Origin: Oscillatoriales cyanobacterium PMM_0019
Lineage (GTDB): Bacteria > Cyanobacteriota > Cyanobacteriia > Cyanobacteriales > CASBRB01
Assembly: GCA_949127975.1 (NCBI GenBank)
Contig: CASBRB010000089.1
Location: 1 to 54,789 of the forward strand
Length of the DNA stretch: 54,789 nucleotides
Reading direction: 5' to 3'
In this document: positions 28,907-37,632 of the stretch, one piece after another
Numbering within the stretch: the stretch's first letter is position 1
How the letters are laid out: every line of letters starts with the position of its first letter
Translations under genes and position numbers: made by a program
Notes under the pieces: generated by a model
The model's input: only the letters and a program-made list of their open reading frames with translations
Told to the model about the DNA's origin: nothing
Database searches by the model: none

Positions 28907-29968
28907 TTGAGACCTTTACACGGGGGGAATTTAGCCTGGGCCGCAGCCCAAGTAGGCTGTCCCCCTTCCCTTATCCTCGACTTTTCTGCGAGTATCAACC
29001 CGTTGGGACCTCCCCCATCGGCACTCGCCGCTATTGAGGCTAATCTAGGGGCTCTTGCCGCCTACCCCAACCCAGATTATTACCCGCTACGGGCAGCACT
29101 CAGTCAGGCACACCAAATCCCGCCTGATTGGATTCTGCCCGGAAACGGCTCTGCCGAGTTACTAACTTGGGCTGGGCGCGAGTTGTCGCAACTAGAGGTG
29201 ACGCTCTTAGTTACCCCAGCCTTTGGTGACTACTTGAGGGCACTCAGGACTTTTAACACCTGCGTCTTGGAGTGCCCTCTTAATTTAGAACCCAATAGGG
29301 AAGAGTCTTTGGTAATTGACAAAAAACCCAGGATAAAAAACCAGGGCCTACTAATCAATAATCCTCACAATCCCAGCGGTCGTATATTCCGGCGGGAGGA
29401 GATTATACCTTACCTGGACCAATTTGCTCTGGTAGTCGTAGATGAAGCTTTTATGGATTTTCTGCCCCCATCCAGGCAGCAAAGTCTCATCCCAGTGATA
29501 CAAAGTTATGAAAATTTAGTCATACTGCGATCGCTCACCAAATTCTACAGCTTACCAGGGCTGCGACTAGGTTATGCCATCTCTCACCCAGACAGACTGC
29601 GACGCTGGCAAATGTGGCGCGATCCTTGGCCGGTAAACATCTTAGCCGCTGCCTGTGGGATTGCCGCCGTGCAAGATACCAACTTTCAACAACTTTCTTG
29701 GAATTGGTTAGAACCGACTCGCAAACGGCTGTTTGAGCAGTTGGCGCTTCTTCCAGGCTTACAACCTTACCCTAGTGCAGCTAACTTTTTATTGGTGCAG
29801 TCGGAACCAGCTAGTTCAAAACTGCAACTCGAACTACTCAAACATAGTAAAATTTTGATCCGGGACTGCCTGAGCTTTCCAGAGTTGGGCGATCGTTATT
29901 TCCGGGTTGCTGTACGTACTCAAGCAGATAACCAGCGCTTATGGGAAGCTTTAGCTGAAATACTATAA
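28907..29968 (+). CDS. cobD: Threonine-phosphate decarboxylase (class I/II aminotransferase family)
   Basis: HGGNL...DFSASINPLGPP is the characteristic CobD start. The PLP-lysine region reads ILRSLTKFYSLPGLRLGY. TTG start. Confidence 0.75.
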   Translation: MRPLHGGNLAWAAAQVGCPPSLILDFSASINPLGPPPSALAAIEANLGALAAYPNPDYYPLRAALSQAHQIPPDWILPGNGSAELLTWAGRELSQLEVTLLVTPAFGDYLRALRTFNTCVLECPLNLEPNREESLVIDKKPRIKNQGLLINNPHNPSGRIFRREEIIPYLDQFALVVVDEAFMDFLPPSRQQSLIPVIQSYENLVILRSLTKFYSLPGLRLGYAISHPDRLRRWQMWRDPWPVNILAAACGIAAVQDTNFQQLSWNWLEPTRKRLFEQLALLPGLQPYPSAANFLLVQSEPASSKLQLELLKHSKILIRDCLSFPELGDRYFRVAVRTQADNQRLWEALAEIL

Positions 29969-29974
29969 TTTTAT

Positions 29975-30065
29975 CAGGACTTACGCACTGACTCTAAATA
30001 TAGCGGTCTGTAGGGGCAATCCCCCTGTGGTTGCCCCTATATATGCCCAGTCTGCGTAAGTCCTG
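29975..30065 (+). repeat. SDR copy
   Basis: caggacttacgcactgactctaaatatagcggtctgtaggggcaatccccctgtggttgcccctatatatgcccagtctgcgtaagtcctg. It begins 6 nt after the cobD stop. Confidence 0.85.
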
Positions 30066-30086
30066 TTTATAATAAACTAAAGAATC

Positions 30087-31541
30087 ATGGCAGTTGAATA
30101 CGATCTCGTCGTCATCGGAGGCAGCACTGCTGCTGTGTATGCCGCAGTTGCCGCCGCTCACCTCCAAGCCCGTGTCGCCCTAGTAGAACCCCACCAAGTC
30201 ATGAAAAATTGGTTGGGGACTGGGTTTATCCACAGCAAAGCTTTAAATCAGGTAGCGCGAGTTGCCCACCACCTGGGTGAAGCACATCAATTTGGAGTTT
30301 TCTGGGAAACAGAGTCAGATGCTCAGCCGCGATTTACCCAAGCTTGCGAGTGGGCTAATAGCGTTGTCTCTACCCTAGAAGATGTGCATTCCCCAGCTAT
30401 TTTGGCATCTTTGGGCATTGATTTCATTGCTGGGAACGGTGAATTTTGCCGCTTACCACACTTTGCCTTTGTTGTCAATAGCCGACATCTCAGAGCGCGT
30501 GCCTACCTGATAGCCACTGGCTCACGTTTAGTTATTCCAGAGATAGAAGGGCTGGCAGATATAGGTTATTTGGAACCAGCAGATATTTGGCAGCAGCCTG
30601 TAAGTCTAGAGTATTCCCACCCTTCCTGGGTAATAATTGGCGGTGGTTGTGTTGGTATTGAACTAGCTCAGACATTAGTGCGGCTGGGTGTCAATGTGAC
30701 GCTGGTAGTGAGCGATTCCCATATCCTACCTAAAGAAGATCCAGATGTGTCTCTTTTGCTACAAGCACAACTGGAAGCTGAGGGCGTCCGCGTGTGTACT
30801 CAAGCTGAGGTGAAGCAAGTAAAACGAATTGAGAACAAAAAGTGGGTTTTAGTTGGCAATAAAGCCATCGAAGCCGATGAAGTAATCTTAGCAACTTTCG
30901 GGCAGCCGAACATCGAAAATTTAAACTTAGAAGCAGTCGGGGTGAAGTTGAACCGAGCAGGCATTCAGCTAAACGAAAAACTGCAAACCACTAACCCCCG
31001 TATCTATGCCTGTGGAGATGTTTTCGGTGGTTATCAGTTTGCCCATATTGCCGATTATGAAGCTAGAATTGCTCTAAAGAATGCTTTGTTTTTACCGATA
31101 TTTAAAGTAGATTATCGCAGCATTCCTTGGGCGATATTTTCCGATCCGATGCTGGCACGGGTGGGACTGACGGAAGCTGAAGCCATGCGCCGTTATGGTA
31201 AAGAAGTTTTGGTGTTGCGGCAATATTTCAAGACGGTTAACAGAGCTGTGTTGATGGGGGAAACAACTGGTTTATGTAAAATTGTGGTGCGTCGTAACGG
31301 GGAAATTTTAGGAGCTTCTATAGTGGGACCGGAAGGTGGAGAGTTAATTCACATTCTAGCTCTAGCCATGCACCAGAGGTTGAAGGTGAGTGCGATCGCG
31401 CAACCTACCATCTCTCCCAGTTTATCAGAAATTATCTACCAAACCGCTGCCGAGTGGCATCGGCAACGCCTCAGCAGCAATACCCTACTCAAAGATTTAC
31501 TGGAAAGCTTTTTCAACCTGCGCCGCTCGTGGCGTTCTTAA
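30087..31541 (+). CDS. FAD/NAD(P)-dependent pyridine nucleotide-disulfide oxidoreductase family protein lacking the redox-active CxxxxC
   Basis: YDLVVIGGSTAAVYAA is the FAD dinucleotide fold and a second GGGxxG is present (IIGGGCVGIELA). The expected GTCxxxGCxPSK position reads GTGFIHSKAL. Confidence 0.8.
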   Translation: MAVEYDLVVIGGSTAAVYAAVAAAHLQARVALVEPHQVMKNWLGTGFIHSKALNQVARVAHHLGEAHQFGVFWETESDAQPRFTQACEWANSVVSTLEDVHSPAILASLGIDFIAGNGEFCRLPHFAFVVNSRHLRARAYLIATGSRLVIPEIEGLADIGYLEPADIWQQPVSLEYSHPSWVIIGGGCVGIELAQTLVRLGVNVTLVVSDSHILPKEDPDVSLLLQAQLEAEGVRVCTQAEVKQVKRIENKKWVLVGNKAIEADEVILATFGQPNIENLNLEAVGVKLNRAGIQLNEKLQTTNPRIYACGDVFGGYQFAHIADYEARIALKNALFLPIFKVDYRSIPWAIFSDPMLARVGLTEAEAMRRYGKEVLVLRQYFKTVNRAVLMGETTGLCKIVVRRNGEILGASIVGPEGGELIHILALAMHQRLKVSAIAQPTISPSLSEIIYQTAAEWHRQRLSSNTLLKDLLESFFNLRRSWRS

Positions 31542-31566
31542 GTTCATCCCTCATATATTCTCACCT

Positions 31567-33282
31567 ATGGAATTAAGGCAAGAAATATTTGATACTTATT
31601 GGAAATTTGCCGCTCGTCGCCAAGAGGTATTTTTTAACAGAATTAAAAACTTACCCCCGCCCTGGACAAGTGACCCGATTCTCAACGAGTATAAATTCTG
31701 CAATGCTTATCGAGCGAGCGATCGCGTTTCCCAATACCTAATAAAACATATCATCTACGACGCTAGACGCAGCCAGAATGAAGAAGAAGTTATTTTCAGA
31801 ATCTTACTATTTAAGATTTTTAACAAAATAGAGACTTGGGCATACTTAGAAAGTCGGCTAGGAGCGCCGATCGAACTGTCTAATTTTGATTTGGAGCTTT
31901 ATTCCAGCTTTTTGCAAGAGGCAATGGACAATGAGCAGGTAATTTATACCAGCGCCTATATGATGACTGGGGTAACAAAAGAATTTGGCTATAACAAGAA
32001 ACACCAGAATCATCTAGCTTTGATTAGCAAAATGGTATTAAAAGACCGGATATTAAATAAACTAAGCGCAGCCAAGAGTCTACAAGAAGTTTTTGTAATT
32101 CTGGTATCTTATCCCTTAATAGGCAATTTTCTAGCATATCAGTTAGCCACTGATATCAACTACAGTGAAGTAATAGACTTTGATGAAAATAGTTTTACTA
32201 TGGCGGGGCCTGGTGCGGAACGCGGTATCGGTAAATGTTTCCTAGATACAGGCGCTAAAAGTAACGCCGAAATTATATATTGGATGACGGAAAACCAAGA
32301 GCAAGAGTTTCAGCGTTTAGGGATAAATTTTCAATCCCTGTGGGGGCATCCACTTAAAGCTATAGACTGTCAAAATCTATTTTGTGAAGTAGATAAATAC
32401 TGCCGCGTGGCGGTGCCAGAATTAAAAAGTAATCGCAAGAGATTAAGATCGAGATTTAGTGCCACTACTCAACCAATTGAATATTTTTATCCGCCCAAAT
32501 GGAATATAAACGATAAAGTTAGGGAAACTTTAGCTGAACGATTGTCAACACAGGTACTCCCTCAACAGCAACCTATAGAGATACAAAGTAAAAAGAAAAT
32601 AGGGCATGAAACCATTCAGGAGTTGGAGTTGTTTGCTCAACTAACTGACTTTTCTTTTGCTCCACAAGTGGAAAGAAAAAATAAGGTTAAGAAAACTTCA
32701 ACGCCAAGATTGCCAATTGTGGATAAAACTCTTGAGGAGCCAGAAATAGAAATGAAAAAAGATGCCAAGACAGACTCAAATAAACTTTACCGCTATTGGC
32801 TCTTGCGGGAATGGAACCCTAATGCTCCACGAGTGGTTTTTGTGATGCTCAACCCAAGTGTCGCCGATGCCGATATAGACGATCCCACATTACGCAAATG
32901 TATTGGTTTTGCCAAGTCTTGGGGTTACGGTTCCCTAGAGTTGGTTAATTTGTTTGCCTACATTGCCACCGAACCTGATAACCTGCGTCAAGTAGAAGAT
33001 CCTGTAGGTTCAGATAATGACTCCTATCTTTTAAAGACGATAGAAAATGCCGAGAAAGTTATTCTCGCATGGGGCGATGAGGGCAGTAAGCGCCCCTGGC
33101 GCTATCGAAATCGATCCAAACATGTGCTAAAATTGATTGGTGAGAAATCATCTCTCTACTGCTTGGGGCTGACAGAGCATGGGCACCCACGCCACCCTCT
33201 GTATGTTGACTATAAAACAACCCCAGTTTCTTTTGAATTACCGCCCCTACAGCTAGAATTAAATTTTGGGATATTAGGTTAA
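31567..33282 (+). CDS. Fusion of a putative DNA base hypermodification protein (aGPT-pyrophosphorylase-like) N-domain with a C-terminal DUF1643 domain
   Basis: The N-domain IFDTYWKFAARRQEVFFNRIKNLPPPWTSDPILNEYKFCNAYRASDRVSQYLI is the family signature as I recall it. The C-domain is YRYWLLREW...VVFVMLNPSVADADIDDPTLRKCIGFAKSWGYGSLELVNLFAY...GHPRHPLY, the DUF1643 signature. I start it at the ATG at 31567, because the ORF-track start at 31390 overlaps the previous gene. Confidence 0.55.
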   Translation: MELRQEIFDTYWKFAARRQEVFFNRIKNLPPPWTSDPILNEYKFCNAYRASDRVSQYLIKHIIYDARRSQNEEEVIFRILLFKIFNKIETWAYLESRLGAPIELSNFDLELYSSFLQEAMDNEQVIYTSAYMMTGVTKEFGYNKKHQNHLALISKMVLKDRILNKLSAAKSLQEVFVILVSYPLIGNFLAYQLATDINYSEVIDFDENSFTMAGPGAERGIGKCFLDTGAKSNAEIIYWMTENQEQEFQRLGINFQSLWGHPLKAIDCQNLFCEVDKYCRVAVPELKSNRKRLRSRFSATTQPIEYFYPPKWNINDKVRETLAERLSTQVLPQQQPIEIQSKKKIGHETIQELELFAQLTDFSFAPQVERKNKVKKTSTPRLPIVDKTLEEPEIEMKKDAKTDSNKLYRYWLLREWNPNAPRVVFVMLNPSVADADIDDPTLRKCIGFAKSWGYGSLELVNLFAYIATEPDNLRQVEDPVGSDNDSYLLKTIENAEKVILAWGDEGSKRPWRYRNRSKHVLKLIGEKSSLYCLGLTEHGHPRHPLYVDYKTTPVSFELPPLQLELNFGILG

Positions 33283-33319
33283 TATAGCGATCGTAGTTCT
33301 TTTAGTACTTGCTGAAGTT

Positions 33320-34300
33320 ATGCAGCCGCGAGAGGAAATTTTTGACACATACTGGAAATTTGCCGCACAACGGCAAGAAATATTTTTTAACAGAATTAAA
33401 AATGAGCCTCAGCCTTGGAGTATCGATCCGATTATCGATAAATATAAGTTTTGTAACGCTTATCGAGCGAGCGATCGCGTTTCCCAGTATCTCATAAAAA
33501 ACGTCATTTATCAAGGTAGCCAGAATAAAGAGGAAGTTCTTTTTAGGATATTGCTATTTAAGATATTTAACAAAATAGAAACCTGGCAATATTTAGAAAG
33601 CAAGCTGGGAACAGTAGAACTAAAAAGCTTCAATTTTGATGAATACTCCGCTTTATTGGCATCTGCGACTGATTCTGGGCTGGCTATATACACCAGTGCA
33701 TATACCTCATGTCCCACTAGAGCCTTTGGCTATCCAAGAAAGCACCAGAATCATCTAGCGTTGATCCGCAAAATGGTACAATCAGATGAGCTAATTCAAA
33801 AGATAGATAACGCTACCAGTCTGAGAAAAGTTTTTCTAGCTCTGCTTGATTATCCCCTAATAGGCAAATTTATGGCTTATCAGCTAGCCACAGATATCAA
33901 CTATAGTGAGATTATCGAGTGTGAAGAAAATGATTTTACTGCGGCGGGACCTGGTGCTGAACGTGGCATTAGCAAATGTTTCACTAATACCAAAGGTAAA
34001 AGTGATGAGTATGTTATCAAGTGGATGGTAGATAAACAACAAGAAGAGTTTCACCGTTTAGGAATAAATTTTCAATCTCTTTGGGGACGTCCCTTAAAAG
34101 CTATAGACTGTCAAAATTTATTTTGTGAAGTAGATAAATACTGCCGCGTAGCGTTTCCCGGCTTGAAAAGTAATCGCACTAGAATCAAAGCGAGGTTTAA
34201 GGCAAATCTGCAACCGATCGAATATTTCTATCCTCCGAAATGGGGGATAAATGATAAAGTTAAAGAAACTTTAGCTCAAAATACTTACTCCCAAAATTAG
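33320..34300 (+). CDS. Putative DNA base hypermodification protein (aGPT-pyrophosphorylase-like), stand-alone paralog
   Basis: 326 aa, about 65% identical to residues 1-320 of the preceding gene. Stretches are near-identical at the DNA level, for example ttttgtgaagtagataaatactgccgcgt. Confidence 0.55.
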   Translation: MQPREEIFDTYWKFAAQRQEIFFNRIKNEPQPWSIDPIIDKYKFCNAYRASDRVSQYLIKNVIYQGSQNKEEVLFRILLFKIFNKIETWQYLESKLGTVELKSFNFDEYSALLASATDSGLAIYTSAYTSCPTRAFGYPRKHQNHLALIRKMVQSDELIQKIDNATSLRKVFLALLDYPLIGKFMAYQLATDINYSEIIECEENDFTAAGPGAERGISKCFTNTKGKSDEYVIKWMVDKQQEEFHRLGINFQSLWGRPLKAIDCQNLFCEVDKYCRVAFPGLKSNRTRIKARFKANLQPIEYFYPPKWGINDKVKETLAQNTYSQN

Positions 34301-34509
34301 GGTGGAGATCGCGTTAAAGATACGTACCAAGGGAATGGGAATCTTATACCTTTGAAAAGGATTGAAGATGCAAACTCTTTTCCACTCTACCATCCGACTT
34401 ATCACAAAACCAGCAGAATACCCACCTCATTTATTAATAATAAGCTTGGTTCAAAAATGTTGATAAATTTACACTCGTAGTAGTTGACGTAAATAATCAC
34501 TTTTTTCCA

Positions 34510-34887
34510 TTAACCTAATGTCAGTACTCCTGCTGGTAAATCAACTACTAAACGATTTGTTTTTAGCCATTGGACACCTATAATAATTTCATGAATTTCC
34601 TCTCCTCCTAAAGCATAAATATTTACTTCTTGACCATCAAAGATTACTTTTCCTGCATATACATTGAAGTCAGTTGTGCCATTTGCTGTTATCATCGCGA
34701 AGGTATTCTCAGTAAATGACCAATCTAAGCTTTCTGCATCTTGCTTATCTATTGCTAACCATCCAGTAAATCCAGTATCTAAGAGTGCATTAACACAGAT
34801 AATATCTCCATCAGCACCAATTAAGCCAATCTCAAAATAAAGCTGTGCTTTATCATCAACCTCTCCTACTATCATATTCTTCCACAA
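34510..34887 (-). CDS. Retropepsin-like (clan AA) aspartic protease
   Basis: ALLDTGFTGWLAI carries the DTG active-site motif, and the size (~120 aa) fits. An alternative start at 34875 overlaps the upstream stop in an ATGA arrangement. Confidence 0.7.
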   Translation of the reverse strand: MWKNMIVGEVDDKAQLYFEIGLIGADGDIICVNALLDTGFTGWLAIDKQDAESLDWSFTENTFAMITANGTTDFNVYAGKVIFDGQEVNIYALGGEEIHEIIIGVQWLKTNRLVVDLPAGVLTLG

Positions 34888-35192
34888 GCTCCAGTTTCAT
34901 TAAGTCGTAAGATGAGCCTTCGTCTATCTGGATATTTTTCTTTAGCCTTTACGATCGCTATTTCTTGATTTTTATCGATGAAATATTCACCACTTACTGG
35001 CTCAATCGCAATAAACCAGTTATAATGTTCTTCAATTAGCTCTGGCTTAATTAGATCGAATATTACTCGACATCGCTTACTGAAATTTTCATCTTCTAAT
35101 CTCCGTCTTTCTTTTTCTTCAGGACTTATCTGACGTTCTGGAAATAGTCTACCTCGACGACGTGGCGTTTGATTATCCGATAAACGTGTCAT
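34872..35192 (-). CDS. Small protein, DUF5678-like partner of the aspartic protease
   Basis: HYNWFIAIEPVSGEYFIDKNQEIAIVKAKEKYPDRR resembles the DUF5678 pattern as I remember it. I chose the ATG at 35192, which has GAGGGAG upstream. Confidence 0.45.
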   Translation of the reverse strand: MTRLSDNQTPRRRGRLFPERQISPEEKERRRLEDENFSKRCRVIFDLIKPELIEEHYNWFIAIEPVSGEYFIDKNQEIAIVKAKEKYPDRRRLILRLNETGACGRI

Positions 35193-35251
35193 CCAATTGC
35201 TCCCTCTCAAAAATTTGCGACAGTTAAATTAATTATAGCACATAGAGTTCT

Positions 35252-35827
35252 TCAAGATAAATTAACCCCTGCTAGTTTCAAAATATATGCTGGCTGACAT
35301 TCCGCAGCAGAATTAAGTACAGTTATCTCGGTGTAGCGTTCAAACCATTCTTTCATTATAGCTTGCATTGACAAACACTGTTCCAGGGTTTCATATCTGC
35401 CCTCCGGTTGGTAACGAGTGCGATATTCAGCTTCGGTGAGTTGGATAAAAAAGTTGTATATTTTGATATTGTGGGTTTTGGCTAAGTAGTCTTCCCATTC
35501 TGCGATCGCTGCTATCATGTGGGGAAATGCATTGTTAGAATAGTAGTTAGCGTAAAATCCACATAAAAGAGGAGAGGTGTCTGATATAGCTAACTCGTAT
35601 CTATTGGTAAGTAAAGCTGTGATATAGTGGCTTTGATTTCCCAAAACTGCCAATTGATGGATAGCTGATATCGGAATTTTTCGCATTGCCCAGTCTTTGA
35701 TAAACTCAGTAATGAGATGAGATCTGATACCCAGGCGAGAAGTGAGAGCATAAATCTCTGCCGCCAGAGTAGATTTGCCCACACCGGGAACACCAACAAT
35801 ATTAATCAGTTTAAGCCTGAAGGTCAT
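35252..35827 (-). CDS. Small P-loop kinase/NTPase (AAA_28/NadR-like or nucleotide-kinase-like)
   Basis: The Walker A INIVGVPGVGKSTLAAE sits at the extreme N-terminus and the protein is 191 aa. It diverges from the TS-like gene across a 111-bp spacer. Confidence 0.6.
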   Translation of the reverse strand: MTFRLKLINIVGVPGVGKSTLAAEIYALTSRLGIRSHLITEFIKDWAMRKIPISAIHQLAVLGNQSHYITALLTNRYELAISDTSPLLCGFYANYYSNNAFPHMIAAIAEWEDYLAKTHNIKIYNFFIQLTEAEYRTRYQPEGRYETLEQCLSMQAIMKEWFERYTEITVLNSAAECQPAYILKLAGVNLS

Positions 35828-35938
35828 ATAATAAGTTAATAGGGGGAGTTGTCAGAAACAATGAATATTAGTATAATCCAAAATAACGACTTTTTGGCAG
35901 ATGGAAAATGTTCAATATCGAATCCTTAGATTTTTACC

Positions 35939-37465
35939 ATGACTGAAACCTTGTTTAGACCTATCCCAAGAAGAAACCTGCAATATGTTTATGCGCCCAA
36001 GTGTAAACCAAATCAATTAATTTGCGGGCAAGGACAAACAGCGCTCGTTACTGGCTGGACTTTAAAAGAGGCAGTATCTAAACACCTCCAGCCAGAAGAA
36101 TTTGCAGCGATCGGGCATCTCTATAGCCCAACCAGAGGAATTAGTTTTTTAATTAGGAATTTAATCGCTAACCCTCACGTTCGCTTTCTAGTGGCTTTAA
36201 TCGCTACTAAAGAAGATCGCAATGCTGGTGGGTGTAAATGTTTATTGGATTTTTTTCGCTATGGATTCAAAGAGGGAACAACGGATTCTGGGCGAAAATG
36301 CTGGATAATCCTGTCGGAAGTCCCAGGCTATATAGACTTGGAAATTCCAATAGACGTATTAGAAACCTTGAGGACTCATATCCTATGTGAAGAAACTACA
36401 TCAGTTGCTGAGGCAGTAAAGATAACAAAACTTTTTGCTCGAGGAGAAGCAATGCCACCTTGGGGGGAACCGCTTGAATTTGCCATCCCTGAAATAACTC
36501 CAACAATCTTACCAGGAACTAGATATGGGCATAGAATAGAAGGTAAAACGATCGCGGAGACTTGGGTAAAAATCATTCATCGCATTAAAACGACTGGCAC
36601 AATTAGACCGACTACCTATGATGGGCGGTGGCAAGAGCTAATTGACCTTATGGCGGTAGTCACGGATGAACCAGATGGTTTCTTTTTCCCACAACCTAAT
36701 TATTTGCCGATCGAGCGCTCATTCATCGAGCAGTATCTCGATCAGATCTTGGTAGATACTCCCTATAAAGAAGGGGTCAAGTATACTTACGCCCAGCGTT
36801 TGCGATCGTGGTTTGGGTGCGATCAAATAGAACAGGTTATTAAAAAATTGACTGGTGACATTGATTCAGCTAGTGCAGTTATGTCACTCTGGGATGCCAA
36901 AGACCATGATTGGGATGGGGGCAGCCCCTGTCTGAACCATATTTGGATCAGAATAGTCGATGGCGAAATGTCATTAACCGCCACTTTTCGCAGTAACGAT
37001 ATGTTCTCGGCTTGGCCAGCTAACGCAATGGGGCTCCGAGCTTTGCAGCAGCACATCCGGGACGAGATCTCTAATCGTTCCAATCGCGCCCTGCGGTTAG
37101 GACCGATGATTACCATAAGCCAGTCGGCGCATATTTATGATGATACATGGGAAAGTGCCGATCGGATTATCGAGCAGCAGTATTTTAAAAATTGCAAAAG
37201 TAAAGACTATAACGATCCTTGTGGAAATTTTTTAATTGAGGTTGACGGGGAAAATATTGTAGTTAAACAGACTACCTCTGGTAGCGGCGAGGTTGTAGCG
37301 TCTTATGCTGGGAAAGATCCACTGAAATTACTTAAGAAAATTTGTGATACTTCTCCAGCATTACAGGCGGAACACGCTGGCTACTTAGGCATTGAGCTAC
37401 AGACGGCTGTAGCTTGCATACAAAATGGGGGTACATATATCCAAGATAGAGGTTGTTGTTTTTAA
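35939..37465 (+). CDS. Thymidylate synthase-family protein with an MtrA-like N-domain and a DUF4346-like C-domain
   Basis: TS core: YAQRLRSW...DQIEQVIKKL...AVMSLWDAKDH...SPCLNHIWIRIVDGEMSLTATFRSNDMFSAWPANAMGL. The Cys nucleophile and the RSND motif are present. N-terminus: GISFLIRNLIANPHVRFLV. C-terminus: DPCGNFLIEVD...HAGYLGIELQTA...YIQD. Confidence 0.7.
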   Translation: MTETLFRPIPRRNLQYVYAPKCKPNQLICGQGQTALVTGWTLKEAVSKHLQPEEFAAIGHLYSPTRGISFLIRNLIANPHVRFLVALIATKEDRNAGGCKCLLDFFRYGFKEGTTDSGRKCWIILSEVPGYIDLEIPIDVLETLRTHILCEETTSVAEAVKITKLFARGEAMPPWGEPLEFAIPEITPTILPGTRYGHRIEGKTIAETWVKIIHRIKTTGTIRPTTYDGRWQELIDLMAVVTDEPDGFFFPQPNYLPIERSFIEQYLDQILVDTPYKEGVKYTYAQRLRSWFGCDQIEQVIKKLTGDIDSASAVMSLWDAKDHDWDGGSPCLNHIWIRIVDGEMSLTATFRSNDMFSAWPANAMGLRALQQHIRDEISNRSNRALRLGPMITISQSAHIYDDTWESADRIIEQQYFKNCKSKDYNDPCGNFLIEVDGENIVVKQTTSGSGEVVASYAGKDPLKLLKKICDTSPALQAEHAGYLGIELQTAVACIQNGGTYIQDRGCCF

Positions 37466-37532
37466 TAGTATTTGCTATTCTGAAACATACCGTTAACAGG
37501 GGAGTTGTCAGAAACACCTAATGTTAGTATAA

Positions 37533-37621
37533 CAGGACTTACGCACTGCCTCCATATATAGGGTTCGTAGGGCAATCCCCCTGCGGTTGCCTCTATATGT
37601 GCCCAGCGTGCGTAAGTCCTG
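37533..37621 (+). repeat. SDR copy between the two TS-like genes
   Basis: caggacttacgcactgcctccatatatagggttcgtagggcaatccccctgcggttgcctctatatgtgcccagcgtgcgtaagtcctg. Confidence 0.85.
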
Positions 37622-37632
37622 TATAATATAAA

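Noticed and set aside
28511-28998. ORFs 28511-28903(-) and 28798-28998(-)
   Set aside because: They are antisense to the unmistakable HU gene and the cobD start. They are low-complexity Ser/Ala-rich shadow ORFs.
31390-31566. N-terminal 59 codons of the 630-aa ORF
   Set aside because: They overlap the 3' end of the oxidoreductase gene in another frame. The paralog alignment shows the protein starts at MELRQEIFDTYWKF (31567).
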